Shown here: positions 27,923-37,160 of the stretch, piece by piece
How positions within the stretch are numbered: the first letter of the stretch is position 1
Layout of the letters: each line of letters starts with the position of its first letter
Source of the DNA: a virus
Length of the DNA stretch: 64,000 bases
Virus record (IMG/VR): IMGVR_UViG_3300045007_000250
Location: 1-64,000 of that record
Direction: 5' to 3' (one strand)
Made by a program: the position numbers and the translations under genes
Notes under the pieces: generated by a model
Told to the model about the DNA's origin: nothing
Seen by the model: the letters and a program-made list of their open reading frames with translations, nothing else
Databases searched by the model: none

Positions 27923-29193
27923 GCGAAAAGATCAACGCGAAGTACGGGCCGGGCACACTTGTTCGGCTCGGTGAGCAGGTGCTTGGGCACCGGATTTCCA
28001 CTGGTATCTTCGACTTGGACCTTGCCCTTGGCGGCGGGTGGCGTGGCCCTTTCGATGAGATTTGGGGTGGGCGTTCCACCGGAAAAAGCACGGTGGCGGC
28101 ACATACGGTCCATGAGGCTCAACAGATTTGCCGGTACGACGGTTTGCTTCTCGGTGATCCGAAGGTGGAAGGAAATTCCCCCTTGCCGTTGGTGCCGACA
28201 TGGACCGACCCGAAGGGTGGTCTGCATTCGGGGCCGGATACGGACACGGATGAGTTCAAGAAAGCCGCCTACGAAGTGAAGAAGGTCAAGGTCAAGGACG
28301 AAGAGGGGAAAGAGACCGGTGAAGTGCAGGAAGTCACCGTATTGCGCAAGGGGTGGGTGCAGCATCGGGTACAGGAGCCGCTTCGTTGCACCGTGGTCAA
28401 CGTGGAGCAGGCGGTGGACCCGGATTGGTACATTCACTGCGGGGCTGACCGTGACTTGACCAATCTTTTGAACGTGACCACGACGGAGCACGTTGTTGAC
28501 CTGATTGACGTGCTGATTCGGGAACAGACCGCCGATTTTGTGGTGCTGGATTCCATCGCGTCCATGTCTCCTCTGTGGGAGCAGGAGAACACGGCGGAGA
28601 AAAAGGCTCCTCCTAAAAACGCCGAATTGCTCAACCGCGCCCTGCGCTGTTGGCTTGCCGCTATCGTGGCTCGGCAAGGCGCGACCGTCCTTCCCCGCAT
28701 CCTGTTGGTCAACCAGGTGCGTTCCAAGATCAACCTGCCCTATCCCAACATGAATCCCGATGTAAAGACTGCCGGATTGGGGCAGGACTTTGCCTCTGTC
28801 TCCGAAGTGAAGTTAGAGCCGGGAAAGCATGACAAGTCCGATTTTCTGTCCCCGGAAGACGGCGGTTTGTCAATTCTCAACCGCACCAACTTCAAGGTGA
28901 CGAAAAACAAGACCTACCCCCCTCTTGGTTATGGTCAGTTCATCACTTGCCTGATTGGGCACGACGGGTATTCACAGGGCGAGATCATGCAGCTTCGCTC
29001 GGTGTTCGAGACGGCGCGGCGGTACAACGTCATTCAGACCGTGAAAGACAAGTGGTTTCTCGGTGGCTTGGAGTTCCGCACGCAGAAGGCGGTGGCGGAG
29101 CATCTTCGGGAACATCCTGCTGATTTTCGCGCCTTGTGGCGGGTGCTGGTTCCCCTTGTCACTGCGGCGCGGATTGGTCGGAAAGTCGCATGA
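27919..29193 (+). CDS. recA: RecA-like recombinase with insertion
   Basis: STGIFDLDLALGGG, EIWGGRSTGKST, VVLDSIA, VNQVR, KNKT. Confidence 0.9.
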   Translation: MSEKINAKYGPGTLVRLGEQVLGHRISTGIFDLDLALGGGWRGPFDEIWGGRSTGKSTVAAHTVHEAQQICRYDGLLLGDPKVEGNSPLPLVPTWTDPKGGLHSGPDTDTDEFKKAAYEVKKVKVKDEEGKETGEVQEVTVLRKGWVQHRVQEPLRCTVVNVEQAVDPDWYIHCGADRDLTNLLNVTTTEHVVDLIDVLIREQTADFVVLDSIASMSPLWEQENTAEKKAPPKNAELLNRALRCWLAAIVARQGATVLPRILLVNQVRSKINLPYPNMNPDVKTAGLGQDFASVSEVKLEPGKHDKSDFLSPEDGGLSILNRTNFKVTKNKTYPPLGYGQFITCLIGHDGYSQGEIMQLRSVFETARRYNVIQTVKDKWFLGGLEFRTQKAVAEHLREHPADFRALWRVLVPLVTAARIGRKVA

Positions 29194-29585
29194 AGGCCCT
29201 GGCCGATCATATTCCTAGAAGGGTGGGGAAGAAAGTTGGGCGGGAGTGCGACGTTCCGACGTGGAAAAGGCAGGAGCGGCGGGTTGCGAAGCGGCGCGGG
29301 GCCAAGTTACAACCGAGAAGCGGGGCACACCCTACCCGGAAGGGGGACACTGTTGACTCCGTGGTGGTGATTGAAGCCAAGAGCACTAAGCACGCTTCCA
29401 TCTCAATCACGGTGGGGCATCTTCAAAGGGTGACGGATGCCGCACACGCGGCAGGGGTGTCCCCGGCCATGTCCTACACCTTCGAGAACATGCCGCCGGG
29501 GGTGGACCCGGATTGGGTTTTGATTCCGTTAGGGGTGTTCAACGCTTTGACTGGCACCCCGGAGCCGGGGTTGAAAGAGGGGTGA
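29190..29585 (+). CDS. Hjc-like PD-(D/E)xK resolvase/nuclease
   Basis: QERRVAK, SGA, KGD, IEAKST. Confidence 0.7.
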   Translation: MKALADHIPRRVGKKVGRECDVPTWKRQERRVAKRRGAKLQPRSGAHPTRKGDTVDSVVVIEAKSTKHASISITVGHLQRVTDAAHAAGVSPAMSYTFENMPPGVDPDWVLIPLGVFNALTGTPEPGLKEG

Positions 29586-29593
29586 AAAAAAAG

Positions 29594-29644
29594 TGCAAGC
29601 GATTGCATTTTTCTCTTGACAAGCCAAAAGTGGCGTGTTATATT
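29594..29644 (+). promoter_or_regulatory. Palindromic site plus sigma70 promoter
   Basis: TGCAAGCGATTGCA, 8 bp, TTGACA-17-TATATT. Confidence 0.85.
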
Positions 29645-29695
29645 GTGCCCATGATGACACGGACCACAAACCACGAAACACGAAAGGGCACGACA

Positions 29696-30091
29696 ATGCG
29701 TAACACTCACACCACGAATCCGGCTGCTTCCATCGCTATCGCCATCGCGGTTGTCCGCGCTCGGATGGGTCAGTATCGCGCCACCATCATGCGAAACTTG
29801 GAAAAGGCGGTGAAGGCCGGGAAGTTCTCGCAGAAGGCGGTGGCGGATCGTGCGGAGCGGGCGGTTGAAGTGCTCCGTACCTACTCCATTACCGACACCG
29901 GGCGCAAGATCAACGGGTGGGGTGAGTTGGTTCACGCCTTCACTCTGGAAAATCCGAGAGGCCGTGAGTACGAAGTGCAGGTGCGCGACAACGGGCAGAC
30001 TTCGTGCAACTGCCCGGACTGGATTTACCGGCGTGGCTCTCACGGCGGATTCTGCAAGCACTCTCTTGCGATTTCCGCCTTGGTGTGGTAG
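29696..30091 (+). CDS. SWIM zinc-finger protein
   Basis: SCNCPD...FCKH. Confidence 0.8.
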   Translation: MRNTHTTNPAASIAIAIAVVRARMGQYRATIMRNLEKAVKAGKFSQKAVADRAERAVEVLRTYSITDTGRKINGWGELVHAFTLENPRGREYEVQVRDNGQTSCNCPDWIYRRGSHGGFCKHSLAISALVW

Positions 30092-30104
30092 TTGGTGAAG
30101 ACAC

Positions 30105-30130
30105 GGGCGGGGGTAAAACCCCGCCCTTTT
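30105..30130 (+). terminator. Rho-independent terminator
   Basis: GGGCGGGG-loop-CCCCGCCC then TTTT. Confidence 0.75.
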
Positions 30131-30151
30131 GTGCGTGAAATAGGAGTAAAA

Positions 30152-31135
30152 ATGCGGTGGGTCAGGACCGGCCTCAAGAAGCCGTCCGTTCCGGCGGTAA
30201 AGCCCCTTGGTGCGGCTGAAAAGAAGTCTTCCGTTGTGTCGGGTATTCCCGTCACTCTCCCTCGTCCGTTGGTGCTTCCCGCTTTGATTGAGGCGGTGAA
30301 GGAAGACGACGTGCGGGATGATTCCTACCTTCATGCGTCTTCCCTTGAGGATTACTGCCCGCGTATGCAGGTGATCCTTCATGTGTTCGGGTTGCGGGTG
30401 TCCAAGCCGGAGCTTTCGTTGAACCTGAAATGGACGATGGAGCTTGGCAAGATGATTCACACCACCCTGCAAAACCGCTTCCTTGGGCGGCGGGGGGTGT
30501 TGGTCGGGAAGTGGAAGTGCCTTGCGTGCGAGCATCGCGTTGGCCGGGATATGCCGAATGAGTGGGTACGAATGCCGGACCCTGGCGAATGCCCGGCTTT
30601 GTCCACTTTCAGTGGTCGGGAACGTCCGCACCTTTGGGTGCATGATGAATGCCACGCGGTTGATGCAGAGCTTGGGATTGGTGGGGACATTGACGGCGGG
30701 ATTCGACACTCCAACGGGGAGATCGTCGGCTTGGAGATCAAGAGCATTTCTGCGGACGGGCACAATCGTCTTCGTGGGGTGAAGGCGGACCATATTGTGC
30801 AAGCCAACGTCTATATGATGCTCTTTGGGCTTCGACAACAGGTTTTTGTTTATACATCGAAGGGTTGGCATGATGAAAAAGAGGCGACCGTGCGTGACGC
30901 GGCTGGGGGTTGGCGCAACGGTCCTTTCTATGAAGTTTCGTTGAAGCGCGATGAGCGGGTGATTGCCGACTTCGTGCTCAAACGCCGGTCGGAACAAACG
31001 GCGCGTGCGGATATGGCGCGAAGCGGTGGGGAGTGTTACCCACCGCGGTTGGAGAGGGAGTGCGCTTCGGAATTTACAGGTCGGGCCAAGGCTTGCCCGG
31101 TGAAAGACCTTTGTTTTTCTCTGGCGGCTGAGTGA
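30152..31135 (+). CDS. Cas4-like PD-(D/E)xK exonuclease
   Basis: YCPR, G..IH, GDIDG, LEIKS, QANVYM, C-terminal Cys cluster. Confidence 0.8.
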   Translation: MRWVRTGLKKPSVPAVKPLGAAEKKSSVVSGIPVTLPRPLVLPALIEAVKEDDVRDDSYLHASSLEDYCPRMQVILHVFGLRVSKPELSLNLKWTMELGKMIHTTLQNRFLGRRGVLVGKWKCLACEHRVGRDMPNEWVRMPDPGECPALSTFSGRERPHLWVHDECHAVDAELGIGGDIDGGIRHSNGEIVGLEIKSISADGHNRLRGVKADHIVQANVYMMLFGLRQQVFVYTSKGWHDEKEATVRDAAGGWRNGPFYEVSLKRDERVIADFVLKRRSEQTARADMARSGGECYPPRLERECASEFTGRAKACPVKDLCFSLAAE

Positions 31136-31824
31136 TGGAGAGACCCGTACCGAAGCCGGATGGCTTTGTTCATCCGACATGGGCTGTTGGCCTTGACTTG
31201 AGCTTGGATTCCGCCGGTGTGGTGGTTCTTGGCGATGGGCTGGTGCAGCATCACGAAGCCTTGCAGTATGCCCCTGTGTCCGCAGAGATGACCCGCACGA
31301 AGTCCGGTAAGAGCCAGTCCCTTACGTTGCGGCAGAAGGCGGCGCGATTGGCTTTCGTCTGTGATGGGGTGTGCCGAATCATGTTGGATGCCGGTACTCC
31401 GCACGCCGTCATTGAGAACTACGCCTTTTCACGGGGCGGGGCTTCCGCGTCCGTGACCGGGTTGGCCGAAGTGTCCGGGGCGGTGCGGGTTGCTCTTTTC
31501 AAGATGGGGGTTGTCCCCCTGGTTGTGGAAGTTTCCGTGGCGCGGGCTTTTGTCTGCGGGAAGGGGAATGCGACCAAGGAAGACACCATTGCCGTGCTTC
31601 AAGGCGCGCAGTATGGAAAGCAGCAGTTTGGAACGGAAGATGAGTACGATGCAATGGCCTTGGCGCTGATTCTCTACTATCTTCGTAATCCGGGGAAGCG
31701 CGAGGGTTTGTCCATGAAGCAGGTGTTGACTCTCTCCCGGTGGAGTGACCGGGTGGATCGGGTGACGGGGGTGGTTGTGCCGTCAAAGTTCAAAAAAGTG
31801 CAACTGCTTGCACAGAAGCCTTGA
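31135..31824 (+). CDS. ruvC: RuvC-like Holliday junction resolvase
   Basis: VGLDLSL, AVIENY, GKGNATKE, DEYDA. Confidence 0.8.
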   Translation: MERPVPKPDGFVHPTWAVGLDLSLDSAGVVVLGDGLVQHHEALQYAPVSAEMTRTKSGKSQSLTLRQKAARLAFVCDGVCRIMLDAGTPHAVIENYAFSRGGASASVTGLAEVSGAVRVALFKMGVVPLVVEVSVARAFVCGKGNATKEDTIAVLQGAQYGKQQFGTEDEYDAMALALILYYLRNPGKREGLSMKQVLTLSRWSDRVDRVTGVVVPSKFKKVQLLAQKP

Positions 31825-31849
31825 CATTCCAAAAGCGGCGTGTTAGATT
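31799..31849 (+). promoter_or_regulatory. Palindromic site plus sigma70 promoter
   Basis: TGCAACTGCTTGCA, 8 bp, TTGACA-17-TAGATT. Confidence 0.8.
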
Positions 31850-31891
31850 TTTCTATAGGGCTTAGTACCAGTTTGAGAAGGGGAAACGACA

Positions 31892-32113
31892 ATGGCTTTG
31901 ACGATTCGAGTAGTCAGGGAAATGGACCCGTGGGACGCTTTCTTGGAAGAGTCGGGGTTTCTGATGGATGATCCTACCGTTCGCGTTCGCGGCAAGGGTG
32001 ACGTTTTGGACATGCTCAAACAATACACTGACTTCTTGGAGAAGAAGCGCACGGAAGCCGGGGCGTGTCCGGTGTGTGGGTGGCGCTTCCGCAAGAAGGA
32101 GGAGGGTGACTGA
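31892..32113 (+). CDS. Small hypothetical protein (CPVC)
   Basis: AAGGGG RBS after promoter. Confidence 0.6.
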   Translation: MALTIRVVREMDPWDAFLEESGFLMDDPTVRVRGKGDVLDMLKQYTDFLEKKRTEAGACPVCGWRFRKKEEGD

Positions 32114-32859
32114 TGGGACGCAAGCCTTTCATGGAAGGGAGCAACGCGGAGATCACTTTGGCTCCCGAAGCCGTAGCATCTCTCCGCACGGAAGCGGCTC
32201 GCCTGGCGTGTGTGGTGGAAGAGACCTACTTTGACCTTGGACACGTCCTCTTGGACATCGCCCGGTCCACCTGCTACAAGGCGTGGGGCTTCAAGGACTT
32301 CGACACCTACGTTGAGAAGGAGTTGTCTTTTCAGCGTCGGAAGGCGTACTACCTCATACTCATTTATGACCAAGCGACGGAGCTTGGCTTGACGATGGAA
32401 GACCTTGCCGGGATCGGGTGGAGCAAGGCCAAGGAAATTCTCGCCTACGTTCATACGCGGGCTGACTTTGACGTGTGGGCGGCGAGGGCCAGAAAGATGA
32501 GCCTGCGGGAACTGATTGACGCCATCCGAATCGCCCGCGGGGTCGGTCCGAAGCCGGAGCACCCCATTTCGGAGCATCCCGTCACCGGTGAAACTCTGCA
32601 CACCATGACGTTCGCCCTCACCGATGGGCAGTACGCCAACGTGATGCTGGCGATGGAGACGGCAAAGCGAATCGGCAAGACGGACAAGGATTCGCACGCC
32701 TTCGACCTGATTTGCCTTGACTTCGCCTCTCACAATGCGGCAACCTCTGACTTGGCGGTGAAGCTGGCTCAGTGGTTCGTGACCACGCCGGACTTGGGGG
32801 ATCGGATTGCGGCGGCGGTGAACGCTGGCGTGCTTGAGGAAGTGCCGCCGGGGAGCTAG
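32113..32859 (+). CDS. Hypothetical helical protein, possibly DNA-binding
   Basis: GFKDFDTYVEKELSFQRRKAYYLI; GGAGG RBS. Confidence 0.65.
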   Translation: MGRKPFMEGSNAEITLAPEAVASLRTEAARLACVVEETYFDLGHVLLDIARSTCYKAWGFKDFDTYVEKELSFQRRKAYYLILIYDQATELGLTMEDLAGIGWSKAKEILAYVHTRADFDVWAARARKMSLRELIDAIRIARGVGPKPEHPISEHPVTGETLHTMTFALTDGQYANVMLAMETAKRIGKTDKDSHAFDLICLDFASHNAATSDLAVKLAQWFVTTPDLGDRIAAAVNAGVLEEVPPGS

Positions 32860-32875
32860 ACCGAGGGGGTGACGA

Positions 32876-33100
32876 ATGCCCTTGAGCGGACAAGTGTTGG
32901 GTCAGGCGATCATTGCGGCGGTGCAGGCTCCGCCGGACGCTCAACCGAAAATCTTGGCGATGGCGGAAGCCATCGTGCAGCACTTCATAACGAATGCGGT
33001 GGTGACGGTCCCTATCACGGGGACCGTCATTGCCACGGGAGCGATGGCCGGTGGTCCGGGTGTTCCTTGTGCGGGGACTGCCACTGGCACCGTTGGCTGA
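32876..33100 (+). CDS. Small hypothetical protein, possibly a virion protein
   Basis: GAGGGG RBS; Gly/Thr-rich C terminus. Confidence 0.5.
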   Translation: MPLSGQVLGQAIIAAVQAPPDAQPKILAMAEAIVQHFITNAVVTVPITGTVIATGAMAGGPGVPCAGTATGTVG

Positions 33101-33170
33101 AATCTCTTGCGGGCGTGGTTGTTTTGCTTTAGCATGTTGACAGAACATTCTTGTCCGCGGGGGTGTGTGA

Positions 33171-34244
33171 ATGGCCGGAAAAGGACGTGCAAGCGGAGCA
33201 GCGGGTGGTGGCGGTGGTCCGACCCGCGAGCAGATTGAAGAAAAAGAGCGGGCGGCAGCGCAGATCGCCGAAGAGCAGCGTGCTCGTGAAGAGTTGATGC
33301 GTCGGCAAGAGGCCGAAGCCAGAGCGCGGGCGCAGGCTGCGGCGCAAGCGGCGCAAGCGGATCGGGCTTTCCAGCAAGCCTACACTCGTTTCGTTTCGCA
33401 TGAAACCATTACGGGCGCGGCGCGTGATCGTGGTGTACCCCCCGAATTGCGAAAACAGTTCGTGGGGAACGTCCGTGGGATGCGCGATCAGGTGATGAAG
33501 GAAAAACCCGCGAGCATCATTGCAAAATTCCGGGCCGATGGGCATACGGTGGACGCTCATGGTGTGTCGGATCGGCGGTTGCGGCAGGCGCTAACCGAAG
33601 GCGGGATCAAGCCCATTCGTGGTGTCACCGCTGCGGAACAGTTGGCGGCTATCTCCGGTATTGCGGGGGTTGGTTTGCGTGGGTGGAATTTTACCATTTC
33701 GGGAGCGGGGGACTCTCTTCTTGTGAGCGGCAAGGGTCCGAGTGGCGGGAGCGTGAGCTATGCCATCTCGAAGGTGTGGAACGCGGAGGCGGGACGTGCC
33801 ACTCCCATGCTCGGTTATGGCGGCTTTTTTCCCGGACAGCAGCGCGGCGCGGGTGTGAGTTATTCCGCTATGCCGCGTATGTTTATCATGGCGCGGGCTT
33901 CTGGCATTCACGGGTTGGGCTTTCTCGCTGGTACTGGTGGTAACATGACCGGGGCGGTTGCTTGGCCTTTGATGGGCGCTCGCTTTTTGAATCCTACAGA
34001 GGCGCGTGGCGCAATGGAATACATGGCGCGGGCCACGGGGAATCGCCAGTGGTTGCGGTTGCGCGATCCGCGTGACATGATTGGAAAGGATCGGCTGGTG
34101 CGTGAGTGGAAACAGCACGCTCGCAATCTTCCGTCAATGCCGGAGATGGGGCTGAGTTTGCTTGGTCCGCAAGCGCGTGTGGACGGGAAGTATTTGAACA
34201 AGTCAACTCTCGAATCGGCGTATCGCATGATTCGTAGGATGTAG
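33171..34244 (+). CDS. MAGKGR-leader protein with coiled coil and C-terminal GNAT-like domain
   Basis: MAGKGRASGAAGGGGG; GQQRGAGV resembles GNAT motif A, then ARASGIHGLGFLA...GAVAWPLMG. Confidence 0.7.
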   Translation: MAGKGRASGAAGGGGGPTREQIEEKERAAAQIAEEQRAREELMRRQEAEARARAQAAAQAAQADRAFQQAYTRFVSHETITGAARDRGVPPELRKQFVGNVRGMRDQVMKEKPASIIAKFRADGHTVDAHGVSDRRLRQALTEGGIKPIRGVTAAEQLAAISGIAGVGLRGWNFTISGAGDSLLVSGKGPSGGSVSYAISKVWNAEAGRATPMLGYGGFFPGQQRGAGVSYSAMPRMFIMARASGIHGLGFLAGTGGNMTGAVAWPLMGARFLNPTEARGAMEYMARATGNRQWLRLRDPRDMIGKDRLVREWKQHARNLPSMPEMGLSLLGPQARVDGKYLNKSTLESAYRMIRRM

Positions 34245-34254
34245 GGGAGAAAAG

Positions 34255-34461
34255 ATGGCTCCGAAAAATGGCGAAGTGATGCCGTGGAATCTTTCCGGGT
34301 TGAAACGGGGAAAGCCGGAAAAACCGCGTGGTATTTCTCCCGATGCCGCGGACACACTCATTCAGAATCCGCGGGATTTGCTGAATGACTCGAATCCGGG
34401 GATCAGGAAGGCCGCACAGCGGGCCGTGGAGCTTGCGGATCGGGTCAAGAAGGGGAAATAG
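34255..34461 (+). CDS. Small basic hypothetical protein
   Basis: GGGGAG RBS; packed between neighbours. Confidence 0.6.
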   Translation: MAPKNGEVMPWNLSGLKRGKPEKPRGISPDAADTLIQNPRDLLNDSNPGIRKAAQRAVELADRVKKGK

Positions 34462-34464
34462 TGT

Positions 34465-35670
34465 GTGGGTTTCGACATAAACCAAAAACGTGATGCTGAG
34501 TATCGTCACACCTTTGCAGCCCGCGACTACGACTATTTACGAAATTGTAAAACCTGCCCGTTGAAAGAGCTTTGCGGTGGGTGGAGTGTCTGGAATGATG
34601 CTCGGTGGTGTGTTGGACCCGGAGAAGTGTGCGTTGGCGGGGAGTCCGGTAAGTGGGTGCATGGTTGCCGGGCTATCTGTTCCCGTTCCCCGGAGAAGGT
34701 GAGTTACCTGGCTACTCTCTTGGGTCAGGATCATTGCTTTCTCAATCCAGAATACAACCCTGAAAGCCCGGATGTGTGGAAGCGCGTGCAGTACCTTCCG
34801 CGGCTCTCCATCGTTGGGGAGCATCCGTGGGTGTCTTGGGAGTACGATTGGCCGGACGTTGGGTTTCAGGTGAACGCCCATGTAGAAGGGATTTACCAAG
34901 ACCTCTACACCATTTCTTTGAAACATCTCTATTACCCGGATCGGGATTCGTGGTCCCCTCAGAAGGATGTACGGAAGCGTTTTCAGATACCCAAAGATTC
35001 AGCAGTGGCGATCACCACCACGACCCACGATTTTCATTTGGATCGTCTCTGTGAGGACTTGGATTTGTGGGCGGATGAGATGGTGGAGTTTGAGGGGGTG
35101 GACTTCATCATTGCTCCGAATCTTTCCGTGTACGACAACTACCCGCGTCTGGACAACCTTTTTCAGATCAAGCGCAAGTGGATCATGCTGGAAAAGCTGC
35201 AACGCCGCGGGGCGCTGGTGCTTCCCGACGTTTGCTTTGTAACTTCTGGCGATTTCAAGAATCAGGTGGCGTGGATGCGGGACAATCACTGTACCTGCAT
35301 GATGATGAATTTTCAGGTGCAGGCGGTGACGACTACGACCCCGCAATGGCGTGCTCAGTTGAAGAACGCTCTCATGGTCCGCGACTTCTTGGGGTGGCCG
35401 GTGCAAATGCTTGCATACGGAGCCACGGGTGGGGACCGTATGGTGGAGATTGCCAAGCACTATCCCACCACGACGTTCCTTGACGCCAAGAGCTTCCGGC
35501 TGGCGGAGTTCCACCACGATCTGTTCGGGGGGACGGACAAGACGAAGCTGGTGAAGGTGCAGTTTCGTGAGAACTGTGCCGCGATGATTGAGCGCGTGCG
35601 GAAGGCGAAGAAAGGATTTGCGCTCGGCGACGACCTGTGCGATAATGCGACAAACGGTGAGGATGAGTGA
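34465..35670 (+). CDS. DUF4417-like protein with N-terminal Cys cluster
   Basis: FIIAPNLSVYDNYPR...LQRRGALVLPDV resembles the DUF4417 core; N-terminal CKTCPLKELCGG plus further Cys. Confidence 0.65.
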   Translation: MGFDINQKRDAEYRHTFAARDYDYLRNCKTCPLKELCGGWSVWNDARWCVGPGEVCVGGESGKWVHGCRAICSRSPEKVSYLATLLGQDHCFLNPEYNPESPDVWKRVQYLPRLSIVGEHPWVSWEYDWPDVGFQVNAHVEGIYQDLYTISLKHLYYPDRDSWSPQKDVRKRFQIPKDSAVAITTTTHDFHLDRLCEDLDLWADEMVEFEGVDFIIAPNLSVYDNYPRLDNLFQIKRKWIMLEKLQRRGALVLPDVCFVTSGDFKNQVAWMRDNHCTCMMMNFQVQAVTTTTPQWRAQLKNALMVRDFLGWPVQMLAYGATGGDRMVEIAKHYPTTTFLDAKSFRLAEFHHDLFGGTDKTKLVKVQFRENCAAMIERVRKAKKGFALGDDLCDNATNGEDE

Positions 35671-37088
35671 TGCCCGCTATTCTGGACCGCTGTGTAGCAC
35701 ACCTTCAAGCCCGCGGGGTAAGCACGTCTTCGTCCTACGCCATTTGCACGTCTTCTCTGCAACGCGCTGGCAAACTTCCCCGCGGAAAGTCCAAGAAAGA
35801 GCTTGAGGTTGAGTTCGGCGAGTGGTCCAAACGGGTACTGTTGCCTTCCGATTTTACTCTTTCCATGCAGATGATTTGGGAGCATTTTGCTCCCGGTGAC
35901 GTGAATCTCTTGAAGGCTCTTCGCAAGGTATCGGTTCTGGATGAGGATTACTCCGATCAGACCGATCCCGTGAAGCGCAAGAGGGAGTTGGCTCGGAGGA
36001 AGCGCATTCTTGGCGAGGCGCGGTTGCACTCCAAGAACATCTCCATGAATCCGAAGGCGCTGGTGCGTATCGGGGATCATCCGGTGTGGTATGGTACGGT
36101 GGCGATCCATGAGGCGCAACATGCGGTGTACGGTTTTGGGGAGCACGAAGCAACCCGCGGGGAACAGCGGTGGCTTGGGAAGCTCTTTGCGGAGTATTCC
36201 TTGGATTTCGACAAACCGGCCATGATGCTCACGATGAGGGCCGCGGCAGTGGCTCAGGCGCAGAGGGAGAAGGACGTGCATCATGCGCACCGGGCCAAGG
36301 ACTTTCACTTCTTGAACTCGGTGGGCTTCACTGCCCGTGCTGCTCGCAGGATTCTTGCCATTGGCCGGGCGATGGAGAAGTACCGGAAGTGGCATGTTCA
36401 ACAGGAAGATGATGCTGCGAAGGATTATTACGACTTCATGGAAGGCGATCTTACGTGGATCGAAAGGACCGTGGACGCCGATCTTGAGGAAGCCTTCGGC
36501 GATTTGATTGAAAAGACCTTTTTTCCCGTTGTGCATGGGGTGGAGAGGTTGCTTGGCTCCGGTGCGGGCGGGTACGCGGACGCGGTGGACTCCAAGGGGG
36601 CGCGTGGCGGGCGGAATCCTTACATGGGAAGCCCGGCGGAGCGGCGTATTTCCACTGGTGGCGATGTGCCCGTGTCATCTGGTGTGTCGTCTCCAAGCCC
36701 TCCCTCCACTGTGCGGAATCCGTATGACGACCGGTACGATTACATGGTGACGGCGGACACGCCTACACCGTGGACTACGGTTGCGGGCATGATGGAGCGA
36801 TACATCAATCGGTCCATCACTCGGCGTGTGGGAAAGGAACTTCGTGGGCCTTTGGGCGTGGTTCCTGCCTTGCGTCGTGCCGGATGGGATGCCAAGAATC
36901 TTCCTGCTGAATGGAAGGAGAAACGCCTTGCTTCTCTGCGCGAATGCTTGCCTTCGTTGAAAACACAGGGGCTTTTTGATGAGGACGGGGAAGTGACGGA
37001 CGCCCATCTTCTTTGCCTGCTCCATGCGTGGACCCCGGTGCCCCACTTGATCTTTGACGACGAAGCCCTAGACGTGGTTCTCGTCTGA
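35670..37088 (+). CDS. Hypothetical protein with HExxH metallopeptidase-like motif
   Basis: MPAILDRCV...YAIC N terminus; AIHEAQH...EHEA. Confidence 0.6.
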   Translation: MPAILDRCVAHLQARGVSTSSSYAICTSSLQRAGKLPRGKSKKELEVEFGEWSKRVLLPSDFTLSMQMIWEHFAPGDVNLLKALRKVSVLDEDYSDQTDPVKRKRELARRKRILGEARLHSKNISMNPKALVRIGDHPVWYGTVAIHEAQHAVYGFGEHEATRGEQRWLGKLFAEYSLDFDKPAMMLTMRAAAVAQAQREKDVHHAHRAKDFHFLNSVGFTARAARRILAIGRAMEKYRKWHVQQEDDAAKDYYDFMEGDLTWIERTVDADLEEAFGDLIEKTFFPVVHGVERLLGSGAGGYADAVDSKGARGGRNPYMGSPAERRISTGGDVPVSSGVSSPSPPSTVRNPYDDRYDYMVTADTPTPWTTVAGMMERYINRSITRRVGKELRGPLGVVPALRRAGWDAKNLPAEWKEKRLASLRECLPSLKTQGLFDEDGEVTDAHLLCLLHAWTPVPHLIFDDEALDVVLV

Positions 37089-37160
37089 TCCCACAATTAG
37101 TAGTTGCATATTCCTCTTTTGGCGTGTTATGATTTCGGCGGATGTTTTTGAGGATGCATC

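Noticed and set aside
28125-28385. Intein in RecA
   Set aside because: Too short and lacks block B and terminal His-Asn motifs
30152-31135. Cas4-like gene as a sign of a CRISPR-Cas system
   Set aside because: No repeat-spacer array or other cas genes; solo Cas4-like nucleases are normal in phage recombination modules
29474-31180. Long antisense ORFs (also 46995-48674, 56940-58565, 59077-60531, 20832-22196)
   Set aside because: Shadows of well-supported plus-strand genes in GC-rich DNA; no motifs or RBS
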